A stretch of DNA of 15,819 nt from a virus: IMG/VR virus record IMGVR_UViG_3300045988_118004; one strand, 5' to 3'. Made by a program: the position numbers and the translations under genes. The notes under the pieces are model-generated. The model ran no database searches. It was given only the letters and a program-made list of their open reading frames with translations, and was not told where the DNA came from. How positions within the stretch are numbered: the stretch's first letter is position 1; each line of letters opens with the position of its first letter. Shown one piece after another: positions 8,071-14,610 of this stretch.

Positions 8071-9066
8071 TTAAAATATTTTGTTATAATATATAAATGG
8101 CATTTTGTGTGACCACTCACCACCATCTGGTGGATTAGGCGGTGGAACATATTCGTTTTTAAACCAGCCATACCAATACCTTGCGTACTCTTGTCTTTTT
8201 GGTTGTTCAATCGTGTCTGGTCGCTCAAAGTTTTTCAGGAAACAATCTGCTAAGTACTCAGGCGTTTGTGTGCTGACTTTAAATTCACTGAACGATTCCG
8301 GGTATTGCGTTGTCGGTATCCATTGTCCAGACGGGGTTGTCTGTGTGTCAATCCATTCCATCTGCCCTTCTCCGCTATCATGAGCGTAGCCGTTAGCGTC
8401 TGCCCAGTCGGTGTAGTTTGTTGATGGTGTCCACTGGACTAGTCCCCAGCCTCCACCTGGTGTTAAGCCCTGCCATATTCCAGGGTTAAGCGTTGATTCT
8501 ACCTGTTGATTTCCAAGTAGACCCGCTACGGCTTCGGCTGTCCAGCCCTTAGACATAAAATACGCAAATTGGATGGTTGCGTTGTTTTGCATTTCTCCAA
8601 TTGACAAATAGTAATTTCCCTTAATCCATTCGTTAACAGCCCCGGTTTCCCACCGCCATAGTTCTAACCAGTTGCCGCGTGAAGCGTTAGCGTTGATAGA
8701 CACCTGTTGTTGCAGTGGTACATTTGCAGTATGTGCGCCCATGGTTCTCGTAGTATCAAATGCCATTTCAGTGTGGTTTGTTCTAATGACAATGTCACCT
8801 GGCAACCATGCAACGTCTGGTGTGTGTTTCGTGAATCCTACTTGTTTTAACACGCCAGCCATACTACTTGTTGTAAAAGGCCATGTGCCCCACACAGATA
8901 CTAAGTCCCATCCTCCAGCAATTAACGCGTACCATATAAAAGACGAGCAGTCATAGTATGTAATACCATTTACGGTTTGTTGGTTTCGGTATGTTTGAGA
9001 GTATCCTACGTTTTCCTTAGCGCAGGTTTCAATTGCCCAATTATAAGCGGTTTGTATAGCTGGCAT
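8071..9066 (-). CDS. Tail-associated peptidoglycan hydrolase: N-terminal NlpC/P60-CHAP-like peptidase plus C-terminal phage-tail-lysozyme-like domain (gp13 analogue)
   Basis: Start moved to ATG 9066 (GGAGGT 6 nt upstream; the upstream gene stops at 9071). The N-terminal domain has a catalytic-Cys context YYDCSSFIWYAL and a His context LPGDIVIRTNHTEMAF. The C-terminal domain has AVAGLLGNQQVESTLNP...GGGWGLVQWT, which I recall as typical of the phage tail lysozyme fold. Confidence 0.8.
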   Translation of the reverse strand: MPAIQTAYNWAIETCAKENVGYSQTYRNQQTVNGITYYDCSSFIWYALIAGGWDLVSVWGTWPFTTSSMAGVLKQVGFTKHTPDVAWLPGDIVIRTNHTEMAFDTTRTMGAHTANVPLQQQVSINANASRGNWLELWRWETGAVNEWIKGNYYLSIGEMQNNATIQFAYFMSKGWTAEAVAGLLGNQQVESTLNPGIWQGLTPGGGWGLVQWTPSTNYTDWADANGYAHDSGEGQMEWIDTQTTPSGQWIPTTQYPESFSEFKVSTQTPEYLADCFLKNFERPDTIEQPKRQEYARYWYGWFKNEYVPPPNPPDGGEWSHKMPFIYYNKIF

Positions 9067-9070
9067 GTAA

Positions 9071-9697
9071 TTACCTCCAATTGTTAAGCATAGCACGTTT
9101 AATAATAAACGGATAATTACTTTCTGTTTGGTCTAGGTCAACCCTTCCGTTGATTCCCGGCATCTTTCCGGAATCAGATTTCTGCCACAAAGTTACGGGT
9201 CGTCCTGGTGAATCTGCATATCTTGCGTACCACATGTCATACTTTTCCGCGACCTTGCTTCCCTGATAGTACATTCGATAATATTCGTTGTTGGTATAAA
9301 ACATTGCATAAAAACCGTGTTCTTCCAACGTGCGGCAAAATTCCTCAGTACACTTAAGTACAAACTGGCGGTCAACGCGTGCACCGTTTCTGTTGGCGTG
9401 TGCTACCGTGGCATACTCAAAGTCGTAAACGGTTGGGTATTCGGGCTTGTGTTCCCCGATAAAATCAATCATGTATTCGGCTTCTTTTTTGGCCATTTCT
9501 GGATGTAATGCGTAGCTAAACCAATAAAGACCATACGGGATTCCTAATCTCTCACACTCAGATACATTTCTTCTGGCTTTAGCGTCAATGTTGTTTTTTC
9601 CAAAACCAGCTCGGATGATTGCAAAATCAATGTTCGGTTTTACCCTGTCCCAGTCTATGTTACCCTGGTGATGCGAAACATCAATGCCATTAAACAT
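9071..9697 (-). CDS. Endolysin, GH25 muramidase catalytic domain only (208 aa)
   Basis: MFNGIDVSHHQGNIDWDRVK...DFAIIRAGFG...GIPYGLYWFSYA...LWQKSDSGKMPGINGRVDLD is the GH25 (Cpl-1/LytC-type lysozyme) signature. No cell-wall-binding module follows. The ATG at 9697 overlaps the holin stop by 8 nt. Confidence 0.9.
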   Translation of the reverse strand: MFNGIDVSHHQGNIDWDRVKPNIDFAIIRAGFGKNNIDAKARRNVSECERLGIPYGLYWFSYALHPEMAKKEAEYMIDFIGEHKPEYPTVYDFEYATVAHANRNGARVDRQFVLKCTEEFCRTLEEHGFYAMFYTNNEYYRMYYQGSKVAEKYDMWYARYADSPGRPVTLWQKSDSGKMPGINGRVDLDQTESNYPFIIKRAMLNNWR

Positions 9698-9881
9698 TTT
9701 TATCTCCTCCTAACCTGTCTAACAGCTTTGTTATTGCTATGGTGTTGTTGTTCAAAGCTTCTGACATTTTGTCAATTTCTTGTTTGTGTTTGTTGTTGCT
9801 GTCGTAGATGTACCACAGCAGTATTAAAGCCGTGGTAATTGGGAATCCCACTGAGCTAATGACACTTACGATATTTTCCAT
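9690..9881 (-). CDS. Holin, single-TM BhlA/UviB-like (63 aa)
   Basis: The track ORF 9690..10037 is trimmed to ATG 9881, which follows AAGGAGGT by 4 nt. The longer version would run through both promoters. The protein, MENIVSVISSVGFPITTALILLWYIYDSNNKHKQEIDKM..., has one N-terminal TM helix and a charged helical tail, and sits directly upstream of the endolysin. Confidence 0.7.
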   Translation of the reverse strand: MENIVSVISSVGFPITTALILLWYIYDSNNKHKQEIDKMSEALNNNTIAITKLLDRLGGDKNV

Positions 9882-9903
9882 ATTTACCTCCTTTCTATCT
9901 TTT

Positions 9904-9932
9904 ATTATATCACAAAAGCATTGCAATTGCAA
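9904..9932 (-). promoter_or_regulatory. Late (lysis-structural) operon promoter, sigma-A type with extended -10
   Basis: On the minus strand: TTGCAA (9927-9932), 17-nt spacer, TGa, TATAAT (9904-9909). The expected start is about 16 nt upstream of the holin ATG. Confidence 0.75.
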
Positions 9933-9949
9933 CATATTTATGGTATAAT
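9921..9949 (+). promoter_or_regulatory. Packaging-ATPase operon promoter, sigma-A type with extended -10
   Basis: On the plus strand: TTGCAA (9921-9926), 17-nt spacer, TGg, TATAAT (9944-9949). It lies about 65 nt upstream of the GTG start at 10016. Confidence 0.75.
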
Positions 9950-10015
9950 ATAAATGTAAATAAAGATATTCCAAAAGTGTGACTTTTGCAACATTTTGGT
10001 AAAAGGAGGTTAATC

Positions 10016-11047
10016 GTGGCTTACTATGACGGCACAAAACTATTGTCCCTCAAAGATATTAACGGTAAAAACCCGGAATTGTTTTTAGTAACCACTAACC
10101 GTACTGGAGGTAAAACAACCTGGTTTAACCGTTACTTCGTTAAAAAATTTAAAGCGGGTCAAGGAAAATTTTGTTTGATTTATAGATTCAATTATGAGTT
10201 GTCGGACGTGGCTGAAAAGTTCTTTAAGGATATTCACGGGTTGTTTTATCCAGATGATACTATGACTAGTAAGCCCATGGCGAAAGGAATATTCCACGAG
10301 TTATTTCTGAATGATGAGCCATGCGGCTACGCTATTGCGCTTAACAACGCTGATGCGATAAAGAAATATAGCCACCTATTTAATGACGTGGAACGAATGC
10401 TGATGGATGAGTTTCAGAGTGAGACAGGAAAGTATTGCTCAGATGAGATTAGGAAATTGCTTTCTGTACATACCAGTATTGCGCGAGGTAATGGTAAACA
10501 GATTCGCTATGTGCCAGTCTACATGTGTGGCAACACGGTTAGTTTGCTTAACCCGTATTACTCAGCTTTGGGAATTTCTACCAGGCTAAAACGAGATACG
10601 AATTTCCTTAAGGGTGACGGCTATGTGCTGGAACAGGGTTTTATACAGTCTGCTTCTGACGCGCAGTTAGAATCAGGATTTAACCGGGCTTTCTCGTCCA
10701 GTGACTATGTGGCTTACGCTTCACAGAACGTTTATCTTAACGATAATTATTCCTTCATTGAGCAACCGGAGGGGCGAGGCCGATATATGTACACTATCAA
10801 ATATCTTAACAAACACTATGCGATTTATGACTATGAGACTTTAGGAATTATGTACGTTACTGATAAATATGACGCTTCATATCCAACTAAACTGTCGCTC
10901 ACCACCGATGACCATAGTATTAACTATGTTATGTTGGCTAAGAATGCTTTGATTATTAATAACTTTAGATTGTTGTTTAATAAAGGGTGCTTCAGATTCA
11001 AGAATCTGGAAAGTAAACAGATGGTTATACAGATGTTATCATATTAA
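10016..11047 (+). CDS. DNA encapsidation ATPase (phi29 gp16-like)
   Basis: Start placed at GTG 10016, 5 nt after AAGGAGGT; the track ATG at 9986 has no SD. Walker A is TNRTGGKTT and Walker B is RMLMDEF (phi29 IVFDEF). Further blocks resemble phi29 gp16: FCLIYRFNYEL, GNTVSLLNPYY, LSLTTDD and GCFRFKN. Confidence 0.9.
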   Translation: MAYYDGTKLLSLKDINGKNPELFLVTTNRTGGKTTWFNRYFVKKFKAGQGKFCLIYRFNYELSDVAEKFFKDIHGLFYPDDTMTSKPMAKGIFHELFLNDEPCGYAIALNNADAIKKYSHLFNDVERMLMDEFQSETGKYCSDEIRKLLSVHTSIARGNGKQIRYVPVYMCGNTVSLLNPYYSALGISTRLKRDTNFLKGDGYVLEQGFIQSASDAQLESGFNRAFSSSDYVAYASQNVYLNDNYSFIEQPEGRGRYMYTIKYLNKHYAIYDYETLGIMYVTDKYDASYPTKLSLTTDDHSINYVMLAKNALIINNFRLLFNKGCFRFKNLESKQMVIQMLSY

Positions 11048-11064
11048 TATTAGGAGGAATAAAA

Positions 11065-11217
11065 GTGAGCGAAAAATCAACGAGTGCAGGAATTGGATTT
11101 GGGTGCGCGTTGGCAATAGTAATTTCATGGACGGCATGGCATTCTATTTGGTGGGCTATTATTCATGGGGTTTTAGGTTGGGTATATGTAGTATATTATG
11201 CCATCCAGTATATGTAA
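11065..11217 (+). CDS. Small two-TM membrane protein (50 aa), not in the supplied ORF track
   Basis: GTG 11065 lies 7 nt after AGGAGG (11052-11057) and 17 nt after the ATPase stop. My translation is MSEKSTSAGIGFGCALAIVISWTAWHSIWWAIIHGVLGWVYVVYYAIQYM, ending at TAA 11215-11217. It has two hydrophobic, Trp/Tyr-rich segments. Confidence 0.6.
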   Translation: MSEKSTSAGIGFGCALAIVISWTAWHSIWWAIIHGVLGWVYVVYYAIQYM

Positions 11218-11346
11218 AATTAACAATTTTATAGGTATCACCGTGGGTTATGTAGCATTGAACGCTGGTGGAATCCACACTGTAAAAGGTGCCGCTGGGT
11301 TAAACGGTAATTGGAATGCCCCTTGTTACACCCCACGTAATGATAT

Positions 11347-11380
11347 AAAAAGAGAGGATATTATATCCTCTCTTTTGTTT
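11347..11380. terminator. Bidirectional rho-independent terminator between the convergent ATPase unit and early operon
   Basis: AGAGAGGATAT (11351-11361) and ATATCCTCTCT (11363-11373) are perfect 11-nt arms. They are flanked by AAAA (11347-11350) and TTTTGTTT (11374-11380), giving a U-tract in both orientations. Confidence 0.85.
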
Positions 11381-11400
11381 AATTATTTGCGCAAATAATT
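11381..11400. repeat. Perfect 20-bp palindrome AATTATTTGCGCAAATAATT
   Basis: RC(AATTATTTGC) = GCAAATAATT. It lies between the bidirectional terminator and the stop codon (11403-11405) of the Cys-rich ORF. The stem is all A-T apart from the central GCGC. Confidence 0.9.
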
Positions 11401-11402
11401 AA

Positions 11403-11639
11403 TCACATGTCGTCAGAATTTAACATTAAACAATCTGGCTTCTTATTTTTAATGCAAGAATTTGTACATGGATAATGCTCATTACATATGCTACAATCAT
11501 AGCCTAATTCGTAACCTTTAACAATGTTAACACATCCATAACTGCATTCGTACGGCACAGTGATTGTCGCGTCCCCGTATCCATCAGCCACTAATTTAAT
11601 TAACTCCAGCATTAATCCTTGCACGGTTTGCTTTTCCAT
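11403..11639 (-). CDS. Hypothetical Cys-rich protein (78 aa), last gene of the early operon
   Basis: ATG 11639 lies 6 nt after AAGGAGG, which is embedded in the 3' end of the polymerase gene. There are seven Cys, including CSICNEHYPCTNSC. I recognise no homology. It occupies the position of phi29 gene 1, downstream of the polymerase. Confidence 0.7.
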   Translation of the reverse strand: MEKQTVQGLMLELIKLVADGYGDATITVPYECSYGCVNIVKGYELGYDCSICNEHYPCTNSCIKNKKPDCLMLNSDDM

Positions 11640-11640
11640 T

Positions 11641-13500
11641 TTAATCCTCCTTAATCTTCTTGTGAACTTTGGGCCGCATGTCGTATCCTTTCTTTACAAG
11701 TAACACCCCTCCGGGCATTCTGATTGGTTTCAGTCCCTCCTTTAATTTTAATCCTTCTCTAAACTCTTCTATCGTGTGCTCTTTGATAAATTCCAGCTTT
11801 GCATCCTCCGACATTCCCGCACACCTAATTTGATAATAAGGTTCTACTGGTTCCCCGTCATTATGAGTGACATGCTCAATATACGTCTTTTGCCTAACAA
11901 AAATTGCTTCGTCCCAATAACTTTCGAGTTTCCACGCGCAGAAATTTGTAGGATGAATCTTAATTCCCTTGGCGTCTTTAGGATTCCCGCTACAATGAAT
12001 GGAATCCGTATCGCAATAAATGAAACCGTCCCTATCTGGTCCTTGATAATTAGCCTGTGCTGCATTGATTACAAACCTCCTTGCGTATGATGTGATTGCT
12101 GAACCTATCGCTATGTATCCTGGTTTCTTTTCGTGTTCCTCTATAATCTCAAACCCCAACACGTTTTTGTTGTTTATAAATGGTCTTTTATAGCTGGAAG
12201 AGTCATTTGCTGAAAACTTACCATATAAATTGTTTAAGTATAGCTTAGCTAACTCCCTTTCTGCGCCTTTTGATGATTCTTTGATTGCTTTGTATTTATA
12301 CATGTATTCGTCAAATAGACCTATCTCCGTTCTAAACCAACAACCGTCTAATATTTCTAAATCATATACATCATAATGCTTTAGAAATAACTCATAATCT
12401 ACACAAGTCATTGTCATTGTTATTTGTGTGTCGTGCATTTTTCCCTGGCGCATATAATAACGTTTGTATGTTCCGGTTTCGTAATCATAAATATCAGATG
12501 TTGTTAGATAGTTAGTTCCGTTATATAAAAAGCTACCTTTTATCTGCACCGTAGGGAGCATTCCTTCTTTTAGCTTAAACCTACATTTAATTCTGACAAA
12601 ATAATAGCTTTGGCCTGGCAGGTCAGGAATTTCCCCTTTCCAGAACTGGGGTTTTCCTACGGGGTATCTATTACCAGATTCTGACGACATGTTTGACGGA
12701 TACGAACTGTTTATATCAGCCGTCCAGCCCTGGTCATATTGCTTGTTCTCTTTGCCTTTTACTAAATAACAATACCCGCCACGATAACTATGTCGTATAT
12801 ATGTGTCGGCATTAAATTCCCCATATAATGTATCATCAATGGTTATCTGCGTCAAATCAGGAAAGAAATTATTATAATCTATCTTATCATATGTAGTCTT
12901 AAATTCTTCTAAACAGCAGGAGCCAATCGTAAGCTTTTGGTGCCCTCTCTCAAACATTATCTCAAGGGCTTCCTTGACTACTAATACGTCATTGCGTATG
13001 TATTCTTTTTCTTCATCTGTTATCACACATCCAGCATATCGAAAACCTTCATATTCCATATCCAGTTTCTTGTGCTTCGTCTGGAATCCTTTCCCAATTC
13101 GCTTTACCGAAAACGGTAACAACTTCAGTGAATCCCTAAACTCTATTATCATGTTGTGCATTTTTATTGTGATGGAATACCATGCGCCACGGTCGCTGAT
13201 TGCACACTTGAACTGCCTGTTTAGCATTTTACCTTCGGCTTCTCGATTCCAGGTGTAGCCGTTTCTAAGCATATAATCTAAAATAAAGTTTCCATCAAAC
13301 TTTAGGTTGTGAAAATAGCAAACGATATTCGTTCTTTGAGAAAAAATGTATGTTAAGAAATCTGGTAAAGAATGAAGAACTTCAACATCTTCTGTTCCTA
13401 ATTTTACAACCGCCGCAGCCCATACTTCTGTAAATTGCTGTCCTTTATATACGGTTGTTTCAAAATCTGCCACGTAATACTCATAGTTTCGTGTCCGCAC
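11641..13500 (-). CDS. Protein-primed family-B DNA polymerase (phi29 gp2-like)
   Basis: ExoI YVADFETT, ExoII HNLKFDGNFI, ExoIII YIRNDVLVVKEAL, motif A DINSSYPS, motif B KLYLNNLYGKF, motif C YCDTDS, and VRQKTYIEHV (phi29 LRQKTYIQDI). The only in-frame start upstream of ExoI is GTG 13500, 6 nt after the upstream stop, which suggests translational coupling. Confidence 0.97.
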   Translation of the reverse strand: MRTRNYEYYVADFETTVYKGQQFTEVWAAAVVKLGTEDVEVLHSLPDFLTYIFSQRTNIVCYFHNLKFDGNFILDYMLRNGYTWNREAEGKMLNRQFKCAISDRGAWYSITIKMHNMIIEFRDSLKLLPFSVKRIGKGFQTKHKKLDMEYEGFRYAGCVITDEEKEYIRNDVLVVKEALEIMFERGHQKLTIGSCCLEEFKTTYDKIDYNNFFPDLTQITIDDTLYGEFNADTYIRHSYRGGYCYLVKGKENKQYDQGWTADINSSYPSNMSSESGNRYPVGKPQFWKGEIPDLPGQSYYFVRIKCRFKLKEGMLPTVQIKGSFLYNGTNYLTTSDIYDYETGTYKRYYMRQGKMHDTQITMTMTCVDYELFLKHYDVYDLEILDGCWFRTEIGLFDEYMYKYKAIKESSKGAERELAKLYLNNLYGKFSANDSSSYKRPFINNKNVLGFEIIEEHEKKPGYIAIGSAITSYARRFVINAAQANYQGPDRDGFIYCDTDSIHCSGNPKDAKGIKIHPTNFCAWKLESYWDEAIFVRQKTYIEHVTHNDGEPVEPYYQIRCAGMSEDAKLEFIKEHTIEEFREGLKLKEGLKPIRMPGGVLLVKKGYDMRPKVHKKIKED

Positions 13501-13506
13501 ATCCTG

Positions 13507-14163
13507 TTATTCCCCTTCCGTCCAATCCTCTATTTGCTCTAATTCCTCAAACAGTTCCACGCGTGATTCTGAATTTATAGCCATAAGGTTGGTAATTGCC
13601 TCTAACTTGCCTACTAATATCTCGCTATCTGATACAGCCTCCCAACCAGGAAACACCCCTTCCGATTTTGCTTTTTCTAACGCTTCAGCCATTTCCTCGG
13701 CTCCGTATTTTTCTAGAGCCATGTTATACCACCGGGTTATGTAATTAAACAGCTTCTCGTTACGCCCAAATATTTCGGTCATTTCCATAGTAAAGACTGT
13801 AAGTATTTGCTTGTCAAACATTACATAATCTGGTTCTGGAGTGGCTACTGGGGTTGGAGGCGGAGTTTTAGCTTTCGGTTTTGGTTTTTTCCTTCTGGAA
13901 CGTTCTAGTTCTTGCCCTTCCTTTGATGTTAAAATTTCACCTGTTTCAATATCGATGAATCTGGATTCTTTGTACAGCTTTTCAGTGGTTATCTTCTTAA
14001 GTCTACGCACACTGGCTTCGGTGATTTTCTTTGGAATTTTTGGAAGTAAGTCTGGAACGTCATATGCTCGGTTAGTCATTCGATTAATCTGACGTTGTAT
14101 TCTTTGTCTTTCTCTACGGTATGCCTGCTGCGTGGGTGTTAACTTAGATTTTCTCTTAGCCAT
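13507..14163 (-). CDS. Putative terminal protein (218 aa)
   Basis: It lies immediately upstream of the protein-primed polymerase, as in phi29 (gene 3 then gene 2). It has a very basic N-terminus (MAKRKSKLTPTQQAYRRERQRIQRQINR), a Lys/Pro-rich linker (RRKKPKPKAKTPPPTPVATPEP) and an acidic C-terminal domain. An AAGGAG SD is present. I see no direct sequence similarity to phi29 TP, so the call rests on position and architecture. Confidence 0.6.
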   Translation of the reverse strand: MAKRKSKLTPTQQAYRRERQRIQRQINRMTNRAYDVPDLLPKIPKKITEASVRRLKKITTEKLYKESRFIDIETGEILTSKEGQELERSRRKKPKPKAKTPPPTPVATPEPDYVMFDKQILTVFTMEMTEIFGRNEKLFNYITRWYNMALEKYGAEEMAEALEKAKSEGVFPGWEAVSDSEILVGKLEAITNLMAINSESRVELFEELEQIEDWTEGE

Positions 14164-14179
14164 AACCGCTCCTTTCTGT

Positions 14180-14202
14180 AAAAAGAAAGGGGCATATGCC
14201 CC
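14180..14202 (-). terminator. Candidate intrinsic terminator/attenuator between the SSB and terminal-protein genes
   Basis: GGGGCATATGCCCC (14189-14202) gives a 5-bp all-GC stem with an AUAU loop. On the minus strand it is followed by UUUCUUUUU (14180-14188). There is no room for a promoter between it and the TP SD. Confidence 0.45.
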
Positions 14203-14231
14203 AATCTTTATACTTTATAATGGCTACATTG

Positions 14232-14570
14232 CTACATTGCTAAACAGCAGTCTACATAATCCTTATTTGCTTTGGTTACTCCTGACATCTTCTTGATGGA
14301 GAATGGTTCATCCTCAAAGAGGTCTGCTATCTGCGTAAAGCTTCGTTTGAATGTCGCTGACTGACACGTCCACACTGCACCGTCTTCTCCTAAGACTGAA
14401 AGCAGTTCGTGGCTCTCGCCCTTGTAGTCGGTATCTTCGTAGAGCAGATATCCGCTTACGGGAAGGATTGTTCCATCTGGAACGTTCTTTACACTTACTG
14501 CCCCCTGGTCCTGTGTCATCTTGTATACTTCTACCTTGTTAAACTCTCTGCTTGCTTTAACGATTGTCAT
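14232..14570 (-). CDS. Single-stranded DNA-binding protein (phi29 p5-like)
   Basis: Collinear similarity to my recall of phi29 p5: TIVKAS (NIVKAT), SVKNVPDGTILPVSGYLLYED (SFKNLPDGTIIEANAIAQYKQ), GEDGAVWTCQSATFKRSFTQIADL (AADGSLYSAISKTVAEAASDLIDL) and FSIKKMSGVTKANKDY (FKVKVVQGTSSKGNVF). The size is similar and an AAGGAG SD is present. Confidence 0.7.
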   Translation of the reverse strand: MTIVKASREFNKVEVYKMTQDQGAVSVKNVPDGTILPVSGYLLYEDTDYKGESHELLSVLGEDGAVWTCQSATFKRSFTQIADLFEDEPFSIKKMSGVTKANKDYVDCCLAM

Positions 14571-14610
14571 GATTTAATCTCCTTTTCTTGTTTGGTTTGC
14601 TGGGTTCGGG

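Noticed and set aside
247-8956. Many 60-154-aa plus-strand ORFs in the track (e.g. 247-492, 267-563, 1375-1683, 1738-2064, 3150-3371, 6676-7140, 7782-8096, 8672-8956).
   Set aside because: All lie fully antisense to long minus-strand genes with clear homology. They lack SD sequences and have low-complexity or hydrophobic shadow-frame composition. I treat them as antisense artefacts.
9972-9988. Hairpin CAAAAGT-gtg-ACTTTTG in the ATPase mRNA leader, with alternative CCAAAA/TTTTGG pairing to 9994-9999; a possible riboregulator.
   Set aside because: The stems are short and almost entirely A-U in an AT-rich leader, so they could arise by chance. I have no supporting feature and cannot compute stability here.
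9882-10037. N-terminal extension of the holin ORF (the 115-aa version), and the ATG 9986 start for the ATPase.
   Set aside because: The extensions cross both promoters and overlap each other. Internal starts at 9881 (ATG) and 10016 (GTG) each have a perfect AAGGAGGT SD.
11265-11282. tRNA-like T-arm resemblance (GGTGGAATCCAC).
   Set aside because: It has only a 4-bp stem with a 3-nt loop. There is no acceptor, D or anticodon arm geometry around it.
11198-11398. 66-aa plus-strand ORF (MPSSICKINNF...).
   Set aside because: It starts inside the 50-aa membrane ORF in another frame, has no SD, and reads through both arms of the bidirectional terminator. The region is more likely non-coding. A short peptide from GTG 11243 cannot be excluded, but it also lacks an SD.
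11844-12065. 73-aa minus-strand ORF and 104-aa plus-strand ORF (11776-12090) inside the polymerase gene.
   Set aside because: They overlap conserved polymerase motifs in other frames and have no independent signals.
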